Source: an uncultured Phycisphaerales bacterium (lineage in GTDB: Bacteria > Planctomycetota > B15-G4 > CAYZWU01). Taken from it: 39,017 bases of DNA. The position numbers and the translations under genes were made by a program. Of this stretch, positions 26,749 to 34,946 are shown piece after piece (position 1 is the stretch's first letter; each line of letters starts with the position of its first letter). The notes beneath the pieces are model-generated. The model had not been told where the DNA came from. It searched no databases and saw only the letters and a program-made list of their open reading frames with translations. The stretch covers positions 1-39,017 of the forward strand of contig CAYZWU010000043.1 in NCBI GenBank assembly GCA_964482235.1, written 5' to 3'.

Positions 26749-28725
26749 CTATTCCACGGAAACAATCAGCAAGTTCGACAGCTCGTTGCCGACGCGCGCC
26801 TGGAACGGGTAGCTCGTCCCGGGCACCCAGAAGCTGTTCATGACCACCGGGACGGCGAGCACGCCCGTCGACGGGATGGGGGACTGGCTGTACGGTTTGA
26901 TCGGGAGAGCGAGGTGGAGATATCCCAGTGGCGTTGGTCTCGGCGGATCCTGGACTCCCGAGCCGAGCGCGATCTGGACCGGTGCCGATCCCGGGAGGCC
27001 GATCACCTTGATCTCGATCGTTCCGCCCGGGGAGGCCGGGCCGGTGTAGTAGAGGTGCGTGTGGAACTCGTCGGCTCCCATGTCGACCTTCGGGAAGGCG
27101 ATGCGGGGATCGCCCTCGAAATCTTCATCCGGCAGGCCGGGAGCCGTGTTGCTGCCGGCGTTCCAGCAGGGCGATTCCACGGTGAGATGAAAGTCATCGA
27201 CAGCAGTGTCGACGAACAGAGGATCGGAGTCGATGCATCCCGCTCCGAACCAGGTTTCCCCGGTTCCGTTCTCGACGTTGCAGAAGTAGACGACAAGGCC
27301 GCCCGACGACTCGAAGATCTCGGCACCGGTGGGGGCGCTGTTGTTCCAGAGAATGGAGTTCATGATCGTCAGGGAGACGTCGTCGCAATAGATGCCGCCG
27401 GCCCGGCTCGCGGCCGTGTTGCCGAAGACGGTGTTGTTCACAAAGCTCGAGGGATCGTTGTTCAATCCGTGATAAATGCCGCCGCCGTCGTTTCCCGCCG
27501 TGTTCCGTGACACGATGTTGTTCGTCATCTTCTGGCAGTGGTAGGAGCAGTCAATGCCGCCGCCGTCGTTGACGGCCGAGTTTCCGGAAATGACGTTTGC
27601 CGTGATCTCCGTTTCCGTGAAGAGCGTGGAGAGCGTGTAGCAGCTGATCCCTCCTCCCCAGCCGGCCGCGTTGTTCTCGATCCTGTTTCCGGAGATGACG
27701 GCGCAGGCCCTCTCGCAGCGGATACCGGCCCCGTGGTAGTCGGCCGTGTTGTTCGTGATCGTGTTGTTCGTGATCGAGACCAGGCAGTCGTAGTAGCAGA
27801 TGATGCCGCCGCCCGAGGATGCCTCGTTCATGGCGATAAGGTTGTCCGATATCGCGGGTACGGACTGCGAGCTGCAGAGAATGCCGCCTCCCTGATAGGA
27901 GGATGTGTTGTCACTGATCACGTTGCCGCTGATCACGGGATCGGACTGATCGGTGCAGCAGATCCCGCCTCCGCCGTCATACCCGGCCGTGTTGCCCGTG
28001 ATCGAGTTGTTCGTGATCGAGGGCGAGCAGTTGGATGTGTAGATGGCGCCGCCGCAATCGGCCGTGTTCCCGGACAGGCTGTTGCCGTCGATCGTTGCGG
28101 CGGAGTACTCGCAGCAGATGCCGCCGCCCTTTTCCGCCGAGTTGCCGGAGATGTTGCTTCCCGAGATGAGAGGCGCCGAGCTGCTGCAGCAGTAGATGCC
28201 TCCTCCCAGGTTTTCCCAGAGCCTGTCGAGAGAGGAGGAGGCGGCGTTCAGCCTGATGATGCTGTTCGTGATAGACGGAGAGGCATTCTCCATGTAGATC
28301 CCCCCGCCGAGGCCGCCGAGGATATTGACCGCCGAGTTCCGCTCGATGATGTTGTTCGTCAAGGTGGGGGAGGAGCCGGCGCAGTAGATCCCGCCTCCCG
28401 CGGCGGCGCGCCCGTTCCTGATGGTGAATCCCATGAGCACGGAGAGAGCGCCTTCGCCGTCATCGAAGGTCACCACGCTTCCCGCTGCATTGCCGTCGAT
28501 CATCGTGGATTGAGGACCGGACTCGCTTTCCACGGTGATCTCCTTGCCGAGGAAGTCGATGTTCTCCACGTAGGTGCCGGAGCGGACGAAAATCTGATCG
28601 CCGCCGGCTGCGCTGTTGATCGCGTCCTGGATCGAGAGATGGTCGTCCGGAACATAAAGGACGTCTGAAAAAGCGGCGCCGGGGAAAACGAGAAATAACG
28701 TGACCAGAGCCATGACCTGGCGCAT
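26749..28725 (-). CDS. Secreted right-handed parallel beta-helix repeat protein (pectate-lyase/NosD-like fold)
   Basis: ORF 26749..28839; the internal ATG at 28725 gives signal peptide MRQVMALVTLFLVFPGAAFS, preceded by a GGGAGGG SD. There are dozens of PbH1-type repeats (ITNNxIxxNxAxxGGGI...). Confidence 0.7.
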   Translation of the reverse strand: MRQVMALVTLFLVFPGAAFSDVLYVPDDHLSIQDAINSAAGGDQIFVRSGTYVENIDFLGKEITVESESGPQSTMIDGNAAGSVVTFDDGEGALSVLMGFTIRNGRAAAGGGIYCAGSSPTLTNNIIERNSAVNILGGLGGGIYMENASPSITNSIIRLNAASSSLDRLWENLGGGIYCCSSSAPLISGSNISGNSAEKGGGICCEYSAATIDGNSLSGNTADCGGAIYTSNCSPSITNNSITGNTAGYDGGGGICCTDQSDPVISGNVISDNTSSYQGGGILCSSQSVPAISDNLIAMNEASSGGGIICYYDCLVSITNNTITNNTADYHGAGIRCERACAVISGNRIENNAAGWGGGISCYTLSTLFTETEITANVISGNSAVNDGGGIDCSYHCQKMTNNIVSRNTAGNDGGGIYHGLNNDPSSFVNNTVFGNTAASRAGGIYCDDVSLTIMNSILWNNSAPTGAEIFESSGGLVVYFCNVENGTGETWFGAGCIDSDPLFVDTAVDDFHLTVESPCWNAGSNTAPGLPDEDFEGDPRIAFPKVDMGADEFHTHLYYTGPASPGGTIEIKVIGLPGSAPVQIALGSGVQDPPRPTPLGYLHLALPIKPYSQSPIPSTGVLAVPVVMNSFWVPGTSYPFQARVGNELSNLLIVSVE

Positions 28726-28882
28726 GGTGAGCCCTCCCAAAAACCATGTAGTCTCGATTCCTTCAGATAAGCCTGAACCTGAATATATATGCCTGATCCC
28801 TATGGCGTTGTGAAGGGAGAATTCAGGAGGTTCTTTCAACGCGAAGGGCTCTCAGCCTCGTTCGTTCATTTCGAATTATCCG

Positions 28883-30586
28883 TCATTCCTTGTGAATGAT
28901 GAAGAGATCCCGTTGATGCCAGGGATTCCGCCAGGGCTTCTTCGAGACGAGCAGGCCGGGCAGGGCGCCCTGGAGCATGGCCAGGGTGGCGATGCGAGAT
29001 TCCGTGCTGTGGGCGCTCGAATAGAAACGGCATGGAGCCCTGTTGTGGACCCTCATCAAGCCGTGCAGGTTGCGCTGCAGAGCCGCCTTCACTGCCTCGC
29101 CTCGATAGTCGTGCCGGCTTCCCAGGTACTGCAGGACCCAGACGCCGTCCATGTTGCCGTAGTCGAATGCTCCGTCGAAGGAGCCGTCACTCCGCTGCAG
29201 GGCCAGAACCGAGTCGATCACGCGCTCGGGATACGGGATGGGCCGCCCCGTTGCCGCGTAGAGCGGCCAGATGTGGAACGCGCCCCCGAGGTACTCGAGC
29301 GGCGATCGGGCCTCGATCCCCTTGCGCCAGAAGCCCGTCCCCGGATCGGCCTCCGCGTCGAGCCAGGCGAAGAGGGCATCCTTCCACGGCTGCGGTGTCG
29401 AGGAGGTACAGACGAGGGGAAGGCCGGCTCCCCAGATGTCGTGCGACGCTCCCCACTGCCTGACCCAGTTGATCCGATCGAGCCACTCCGGCACCTTCTC
29501 CGTTTCGAGATACCGTCCCAGCAGCCGCGCCTCGTGGCGCTGTCTTCCCCCGAGCATGTTCAGGGCTCCGGTGGCGTGGCAGAAGGCGTGGGTCGCGCAG
29601 TGCCCCGTGATGTGCCGGTAGGTACCGTCCTCGGGATTCTGCTGATCCTGGATGAAGCGAATCCACTGGCCGCGCTGCTCGTCCGTCAGATCGAGGTCGC
29701 ACATGATCCACCTGATCCAGGCGACGTCGGCCGAGGCGTAGAGATCTGGCGGATGCCACGGCCGGAGCCGGTAGGCGCCATACGGAGAGTCCGGTGCCTG
29801 GAGGCGGCGATACCAGGCGCGCGTTCGTTCCGCGATGAGATCGAGGTCGTAGGGGGGATCGAGAACGGGAAACTCGGGTGGCGGCGGCGAGAGAAGCCGC
29901 TGCTGCCCCGCCCAGTTAGACGCGTCTTCGGCATCGAGGGCTTCATCGTAGAACGAGACCTTCGCGATCGATCCATCGAAGGCGCAGGTTTTCTCGCTGC
30001 CCGACCGGTTGCCCAGCCACACGGGCGTGGGACTGTCGAACACGCGTTCCGGGACCTTCTCCGTTTCTTCCCCGCTCGCCAGGCCGTTCACGAAGAGGGC
30101 CATCCGCTTGTTCGGCTCGAAGGCGGCGACCACGGCGTAGGGCGTGCCGCTGACGAGCGGCCGGGTGCTCATGAGTTCGAGAGCTCTTTCCGGCCACGAT
30201 CCGCTGGCGCTGACGGTGAAGAAGAGCTGCCGGGAATCGACGATGCCGAGCTCGTAGGAGCGGCCTCCGCGGGAGAGCCGCCACTTGGAGATCAGGGAGA
30301 CTTTTCCCGGCGCCTCCTTTCCGATCTGCACCACGGCCGCCAGCGTGAACGCTCCCTCGAGACGCAGCGAGCCTTCAGCGCCCTGGCCCAGGCTGAGGAA
30401 GGCGGCCTGCGCTCGCTCGAACCGCGCGGCGAGGCCGTCGCGGAAGGCGGCGGCAGCCGGCGGCGAATCCGCCCCGAGCGACGCATCGGCGGTCCACTCG
30501 AAGAGAGGTTGAGGGGCATCTCCCTCCCGCCCTTCAGGACCGGAGGCGGCCAGCACGGCAAGGAGACACCAGGCTGGAACGATCAT
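28883..30586 (-). CDS. Secreted protein with LamG/concanavalin-like lectin domain and C-terminal squalene-cyclase/prenyltransferase-type alpha/alpha-toroid repeats
   Basis: ORF 28883..30829; the internal ATG at 30586 gives signal MIVPAWCLLAVLAASGP, with a perfect GGAGGAG SD upstream. LamG-like block present (TPYAVVAAFEPNKRMALFVNG...FDGSIAKVSFYDEAL). QW repeats are present (QRSDGSFDG, QNPEDGTYRH). Confidence 0.65.
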   Translation of the reverse strand: MIVPAWCLLAVLAASGPEGREGDAPQPLFEWTADASLGADSPPAAAAFRDGLAARFERAQAAFLSLGQGAEGSLRLEGAFTLAAVVQIGKEAPGKVSLISKWRLSRGGRSYELGIVDSRQLFFTVSASGSWPERALELMSTRPLVSGTPYAVVAAFEPNKRMALFVNGLASGEETEKVPERVFDSPTPVWLGNRSGSEKTCAFDGSIAKVSFYDEALDAEDASNWAGQQRLLSPPPPEFPVLDPPYDLDLIAERTRAWYRRLQAPDSPYGAYRLRPWHPPDLYASADVAWIRWIMCDLDLTDEQRGQWIRFIQDQQNPEDGTYRHITGHCATHAFCHATGALNMLGGRQRHEARLLGRYLETEKVPEWLDRINWVRQWGASHDIWGAGLPLVCTSSTPQPWKDALFAWLDAEADPGTGFWRKGIEARSPLEYLGGAFHIWPLYAATGRPIPYPERVIDSVLALQRSDGSFDGAFDYGNMDGVWVLQYLGSRHDYRGEAVKAALQRNLHGLMRVHNRAPCRFYSSAHSTESRIATLAMLQGALPGLLVSKKPWRNPWHQRDLFIIHKE

Positions 30587-30797
30587 TCTTCTCCTCCGCG
30601 ATGCTCTTGAAACTGAACCGGTGCGAAAGCCTCGAACCAGTCTATGCCAGGCGATCAGGTGCCGCAAAAGTTCTTTTGAGCCCCATGCGGTGGTTGTTAA
30701 GGTGAACGAAACCGGCTTCGCGAGAGTGTCGCGGCGTGGGGGCATGATCGCTGGTCTGAGGTTCGTTGTCGCCTTGATATCGGGAGAGGAAGCGTTG
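30587..30797. promoter_or_regulatory. Divergent intergenic promoter region between the LamG/toroid gene (-) and the sulfatase gene (+)
   Basis: A 211-bp non-coding spacer lies between divergent start codons, each with a strong SD. No specific -35/-10 could be resolved confidently. Confidence 0.3.
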
Positions 30798-32333
30798 ATG
30801 CAGCGGATGAAAAGACGGGTTTTCCTCAAGGCGGCCGGCGGGGTGCTGGCCGCGCCTCTTCTCGGAGTCGGCTGTCAGGCTGTGCGCGATTCGGAGAGGA
30901 CGGGCGGCCGACCGAACATTCTCCTGCTCATGGCGGACCAGCATCGCGGCGACTGCCTCGGCTGCGACGGGAATCACGTCATCCGCACCCCGAATCTCGA
31001 CCGGCTGGCCCGCGAGGGCGCCCGCTTCTCTTCCGGCTACAGCAGCACTCCCACCTGCACCCCGGCTCGGAGCGCCCTTCTTACGGGCCTCTCGCCGTGG
31101 CACCACGGCATGCTCGGCTACGGGAGGGTGTCGAACCTCTACAGGGTGAAGATGCCCCGGGCGATCCGGGATGCGGGGTACCACACCTTCGGCATCGGCA
31201 AGATGCACTGGCACCCGCAGAAGACGCTCAACGGATTTCACGGGACGCTGGTGGACGAATCGGGGCGCAGGGAAACGCTCGGTTTCATCAGCGACTATCA
31301 CAGATGGTTCAGCGAGCAGGCGCCGGGCCTCGATCCTGATGCCACGGGAATCGGCTGGAACGACTACCGGGCCCGCGCCTCCGTTCTCCCCGAGGAGCTT
31401 CACCCCACCTCTTGGACGGCCCGGATGGCCGTGGACTTCATCGAGGGCTACGAGAAGCGGGAGCCGTTCTTCCTCAAGGTGTCGTTCGCGCGGCCGCACA
31501 GCCCTTACGATCCGCCGCAGCGCTTCATGGACTCCTATGACGAGGGCCGGATGCCCGCGCCGGCCATCGGAGACTGGGCCGGGAAGCATGCCAGCGTGGA
31601 GAAGCCGGTTCGCACCAACCTCTGGCACGGCGATCCGGGAATCGATCAGGTCCGCCGCTCGCGCCGGGGCTACTACGGCTCCGTTTCCTTTCTCGACGAG
31701 CGGATCGGCACGATTCTCGATGCCCTCGAGCGGCGCGGCATGCTTCGGAACACGTTCATCATCTATGTTGCCGATCACGGCGACATGACGGGCGACCACC
31801 ACCTCTGGCGCAAGTCGTACGCCTACGAGGCTTCGGCCCGCATCCCGTACCTGGTTCGATGGCCGGAGAGCATGAACCTCGCTGGCCGGCGGGGACGGAC
31901 GATCAGGGAGCCCGTGGAGCTGCGCGACGTGCTGCCGACCTTTCTCCATGCGGCCGGTGCGGCTGTCCCGGAAGGGCTCGACGGGAGGAGCCTGATTCCC
32001 CTGATCGAGGGCGGGGCGAGCGGCTGGCGCGAGGCCATCGATCTCGAGCACGATGTCTGCTACAGCAAGGACAACCACTGGAACGCGCTGACCGACGGCA
32101 GGGAGAAGTACATCTTCCACGCCCGCGACGGATCGGAGCAGCTCTTCGACCTCGAGAGCGATCCCGGAGAGAGGCACGATCTGGCCGGGGACGAGGCGGC
32201 CAGGGCGCGGCTTGCCGACTGGCGCATCCGCATGAGGGATCACCTGGCCGAGCGCGGTCCGGCTTTTGTCCTCGACGGTAAGCTCGTCAGGCGGCCGGAT
32301 AGAATGCTCTACTCGCCTCGGTACCCCGGTTGA
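30798..32333 (+). CDS. Arylsulfatase (formylglycine-dependent sulfatase), TAT/Sec-exported
   Basis: ORF 30621..32333; the ATG at 30798 follows GGAGAGGA. Signal MQRMKRRVFLKAAGGVLAAPLLGVGC. Sulfatase signature CTPARSALLTG (Cys is formylglycine precursor). Further conserved blocks PNILLLMADQHR and GKMHW are present. Confidence 0.85.
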   Translation: MQRMKRRVFLKAAGGVLAAPLLGVGCQAVRDSERTGGRPNILLLMADQHRGDCLGCDGNHVIRTPNLDRLAREGARFSSGYSSTPTCTPARSALLTGLSPWHHGMLGYGRVSNLYRVKMPRAIRDAGYHTFGIGKMHWHPQKTLNGFHGTLVDESGRRETLGFISDYHRWFSEQAPGLDPDATGIGWNDYRARASVLPEELHPTSWTARMAVDFIEGYEKREPFFLKVSFARPHSPYDPPQRFMDSYDEGRMPAPAIGDWAGKHASVEKPVRTNLWHGDPGIDQVRRSRRGYYGSVSFLDERIGTILDALERRGMLRNTFIIYVADHGDMTGDHHLWRKSYAYEASARIPYLVRWPESMNLAGRRGRTIREPVELRDVLPTFLHAAGAAVPEGLDGRSLIPLIEGGASGWREAIDLEHDVCYSKDNHWNALTDGREKYIFHARDGSEQLFDLESDPGERHDLAGDEAARARLADWRIRMRDHLAERGPAFVLDGKLVRRPDRMLYSPRYPG

Positions 32334-32470
32334 CCCATGGGGCGCAACCAGGGAAATCTTGCCCGAAACCGGTGTATCCCATGGGTCATACCCCGGTTGA
32401 CCCATGGGGCGCAGCAAGGGAATCCTTGCCTGAAACCGGTGTATCCCATGGGTCATACCCCGGTTGATCC
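32321..32470. repeat. Tandem repeat, 67-bp unit x 2.2 copies, each unit carrying two CCCATGGG palindromes; overlaps the sulfatase stop codon
   Basis: Unit 1 (32321..32387) and unit 2 (32388..32454) are 93% identical. A partial third unit is at 32455..32470 (taccccggttgatcc). Each unit reads taccccggTTGACCCATGGGgcgca...aaaccggtgtatCCCATGGGTCA. Confidence 0.8.
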
Positions 32471-32552
32471 TGGTTGCTGATTTCCAATATTTGACGCAAC
32501 TCAATAGTATCAAAGGGTTTCCAACAACGTGGTTTCATGAATACTCCTTTTG

Positions 32553-32561
32553 TGGTATACT
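32553..32561 (+). promoter_or_regulatory. Candidate extended -10 promoter element (TGgTATACT) upstream of the GNAT gene
   Basis: TGn+TATACT in an AT-rich spacer about 90 nt upstream of the ATG at 32652. No good -35. Confidence 0.3.
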
Positions 32562-32651
32562 TGCCAGGCCACAGGGAACAGCACCTCCTGATCGGGCAGC
32601 CAGTGGCGGGAAACGATTTCAGGCTCGCATCCAGCTAAAAAGGAGGTCCCC

Positions 32652-33236
32652 ATGCAGAAGATTATCAAGCTGAAGGATGGGACGGAGCTCGAGATCCGCA
32701 CGATGAACAAGGAGGATCTCGATGCTTCGTTCACCTTTTTCCAGGCGCTTCCAAAGGAGGACAGGATGTTCCTCCGCACCGATGTGACGAAGCTGTCCCA
32801 CATCAAGAGAAGAATCAAGCTGATGGATACCGGAAGGGTGGAACGGATCGTTGCCACCCATAACGGCGATATCGTGGCCGACGGTGTGCTCGAGCTCGAA
32901 GGACACGACTGGAAGGAGCACGTGGGCGAGCTTCGCCTGATCGTGGCGCGTTCTTATCAGAGACGAGGGCTCGGCATGCTAATGGCCCGCGAGCTCTTCC
33001 TGCTCGCCGCGGCAGCCAAGGTCGAGGTGGTGGTCGTCAAGATGATGCGGCCCCAGAAAGTGGCTCGAAGCATCTTCAGCAAGCTCGGATTCCACGAGGA
33101 GATCGTGATCCCCGACTACGTGAAGGATCTGAGCGGGAAACGGCATGATCTCATCCTGAAGCGGTGTGATCTGGAGGCTCTCTGGAAGAAACTGGACCAC
33201 TATCTCATCGACTCGGACTGGCAGAGAACGCGCTGA
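32652..33236 (+). CDS. GNAT-family N-acetyltransferase
   Basis: 194 aa. Acetyl-CoA-binding motif A present (RSYQRRGLGMLMARELFLLA). AAAAGGAGG SD 6 nt upstream. Confidence 0.75.
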   Translation: MQKIIKLKDGTELEIRTMNKEDLDASFTFFQALPKEDRMFLRTDVTKLSHIKRRIKLMDTGRVERIVATHNGDIVADGVLELEGHDWKEHVGELRLIVARSYQRRGLGMLMARELFLLAAAAKVEVVVVKMMRPQKVARSIFSKLGFHEEIVIPDYVKDLSGKRHDLILKRCDLEALWKKLDHYLIDSDWQRTR

Positions 33237-33315
33237 TCGAGTAGTCTAATTATCTAAAATTAAGCGACTTATATTCAAGGTCCCGGGGAATTTCCATTTT
33301 TTTCTAAAAAAATGA

Positions 33316-33370
33316 TTGACCGGAATCCGATATTGTACTAATGTCTTAGGACAATATTGTATTAGTACAA
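33316..33370 (+). promoter_or_regulatory. Candidate autoregulatory promoter/operator: perfect 10-bp inverted repeat TTGTACTAAT...ATTAGTACAA (GntR/YtrA-type GT-n-AC operator) overlapping putative -35/-10 elements
   Basis: Repeat arms at 33333..33342 and 33361..33370 with an 18-bp spacer. A second direct copy of caatattgta lies between them. TTGACC is at 33316..33321. The site lies 22 nt upstream of the GntR-family gene start. Confidence 0.45.
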
Positions 33371-33391
33371 TGATGTGTTGACGAGGTTCCC

Positions 33392-33766
33392 ATGATTCAA
33401 TTCCAGATCGATCTGAAGAGCGGCGTCCCCTTCTACAGGCAGATCATCGACCAGGTGAAAAGCGCCATGTCCGCCGGCTTGCTGGAACCGGGAGATCGGC
33501 TTCCCACGGTCCGCCAGCTCGCCGTGGATCTCTCCATCAATCCGAACACGGTGGGGCGCGCCTACACGGAGCTGGAGTTGACCGGGCTCGTGGAGACCCA
33601 GCTCGGTTCGGGAACATTCGCCAGTCACAAGGAGGTTTCTAGAGATGACGTGGAAAAACGGCGCATGCTCGACCAGCTCTGCCAGGAGTTCCTCTCCAAG
33701 GCGTCCTCATACGGGATCACACTCGAGGACATCATGCAGAATCTCGAGCAGCGGAAGAGCCGTTGA
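33392..33766 (+). CDS. GntR-family transcriptional regulator, YtrA-like short subfamily
   Basis: 124 aa. Winged-HTH of GntR type (GDRLPTVRQLAVDLSINPNTVGRAYTELELTGLVETQLGSGTFA). The short C-terminal region is typical of YtrA. Confidence 0.8.
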   Translation: MIQFQIDLKSGVPFYRQIIDQVKSAMSAGLLEPGDRLPTVRQLAVDLSINPNTVGRAYTELELTGLVETQLGSGTFASHKEVSRDDVEKRRMLDQLCQEFLSKASSYGITLEDIMQNLEQRKSR

Positions 33767-33802
33767 ACGACCTGTGGACTGTCGCAGGAAAGGAGACTGG
33801 AG

Positions 33803-34921
33803 ATGAGGAAAAAGATTCTGGGCGATTCTATCGGGCTCAAGGCGCTCGAGCGCTTTGCCATCAGCTTTCATGCCGACTTCCGGATCGGACCACTGAACAT
33901 CACCCTGCTCGTGGCCATCTGCCTGATCGGGCTTGCCGTGCACCTGGCCAACTACACGTTCCATCTGGAGGTGGTGGTCACCATGGTCGCCGCCGCGCTG
34001 GTCATGGCCTCGGTCTTTCGCATCTGCCAGATCTGGGAGAGCGTTCTCGTCATGACCACCCTGGCGGCTCTCGGCGCCTATCTGCGCCATCGCCCCGAGA
34101 GCATGATTCTCGTCGTCACGATCGTGGCGGCCGGCCTGATCTCGCCCTGCATCCAGATGGCGTACCAGTGGGAGAAGGCCGTGATGCTCCGCTTCGGCAA
34201 GTTCAAGGGTCTGCGAGGATCGGGGATCTTCGTCCTGCTTCCCGTGATGGACAAGGTGGCCAACTTCGTGGACCAGAGGATCCGCGTCACCGACTTCAGG
34301 GCCGAGACAACGCTGACGCGCGACACGGTCCCGGTCAACGTGGATGCCATCGCCTTCTGGATGGTCTGGGATCCCGAGAAGAGCGTGCTCGAGGTGGAGG
34401 ATTACTCCGGCGCCGTCAGCTTCTCGGCCCAGACCGCGCTCCGCGATGCCATCGGGAAAAGCGAGCTGGCCGAGCTTCTCTCGCAGCGCGACAGGCTGGG
34501 CGAGGAGATCCGCAACGTCCTCGACGGCAAGACGAGCGCCTGGGGCATCACGGTGCAGTCCGTGGAGATCAAGGACATCATCATCCCCAAGGCGCTCGAG
34601 GACGCCATGAGCCGCAAGGCCCAGGCCGAACGGGAGCGGCAGTCGCGCATCATCCTGAGCAACGCAGAGACCGAGATCGCCGAAAAGTTCGCCGAAGCGT
34701 CCGAGTTCTACAAGAACAACCCCGCCGCGCTTCATCTCAGGGCGATGAACATGGTCTTCGAGGGGCTCAAGCAGAAGGGATCGATGATCATCGTGCCCAG
34801 CACGGCCGTGGAGACCATGGGGCTGGGCGCCATGGGGGGACTCACCGCCTTCGATCGCATCATGAAGGAGAGCGGGAAGGAAGATGACGAAAAGAAGGCA
34901 CCCGAAGAGAAGGCGGAGTGA
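33803..34921 (+). CDS. SPFH/band-7 (stomatin/prohibitin-like) domain membrane protein
   Basis: N-terminal transmembrane helices are followed by a band-7 core (VMLRFGKFKGLRGSGIFVLLPVMDKVANFVDQRIRVTDF...TRDTVPVNVDAIAFWMV). Coiled-coil/acidic tail. AGGAAAGGAGA SD. Confidence 0.8.
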   Translation: MRKKILGDSIGLKALERFAISFHADFRIGPLNITLLVAICLIGLAVHLANYTFHLEVVVTMVAAALVMASVFRICQIWESVLVMTTLAALGAYLRHRPESMILVVTIVAAGLISPCIQMAYQWEKAVMLRFGKFKGLRGSGIFVLLPVMDKVANFVDQRIRVTDFRAETTLTRDTVPVNVDAIAFWMVWDPEKSVLEVEDYSGAVSFSAQTALRDAIGKSELAELLSQRDRLGEEIRNVLDGKTSAWGITVQSVEIKDIIIPKALEDAMSRKAQAERERQSRIILSNAETEIAEKFAEASEFYKNNPAALHLRAMNMVFEGLKQKGSMIIVPSTAVETMGLGAMGGLTAFDRIMKESGKEDDEKKAPEEKAE

Positions 34922-34946
34922 TCCGCTTCGAATAAGGAGAAAAACG

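Noticed and set aside
32321-32470. Possible CRISPR array
   Set aside because: Only about 2.2 contiguous units, with no unique spacers between repeats. Units are 67 bp, tandem and near-identical throughout. No cas genes in the window.
33279-33308. Possible intrinsic terminator after the GNAT gene (CCCGGGG followed by a run of T)
   Set aside because: The T-run is conspicuous in GC-rich DNA, but I could not fold a convincing stem-loop (palindrome has no loop). Left as unassigned.
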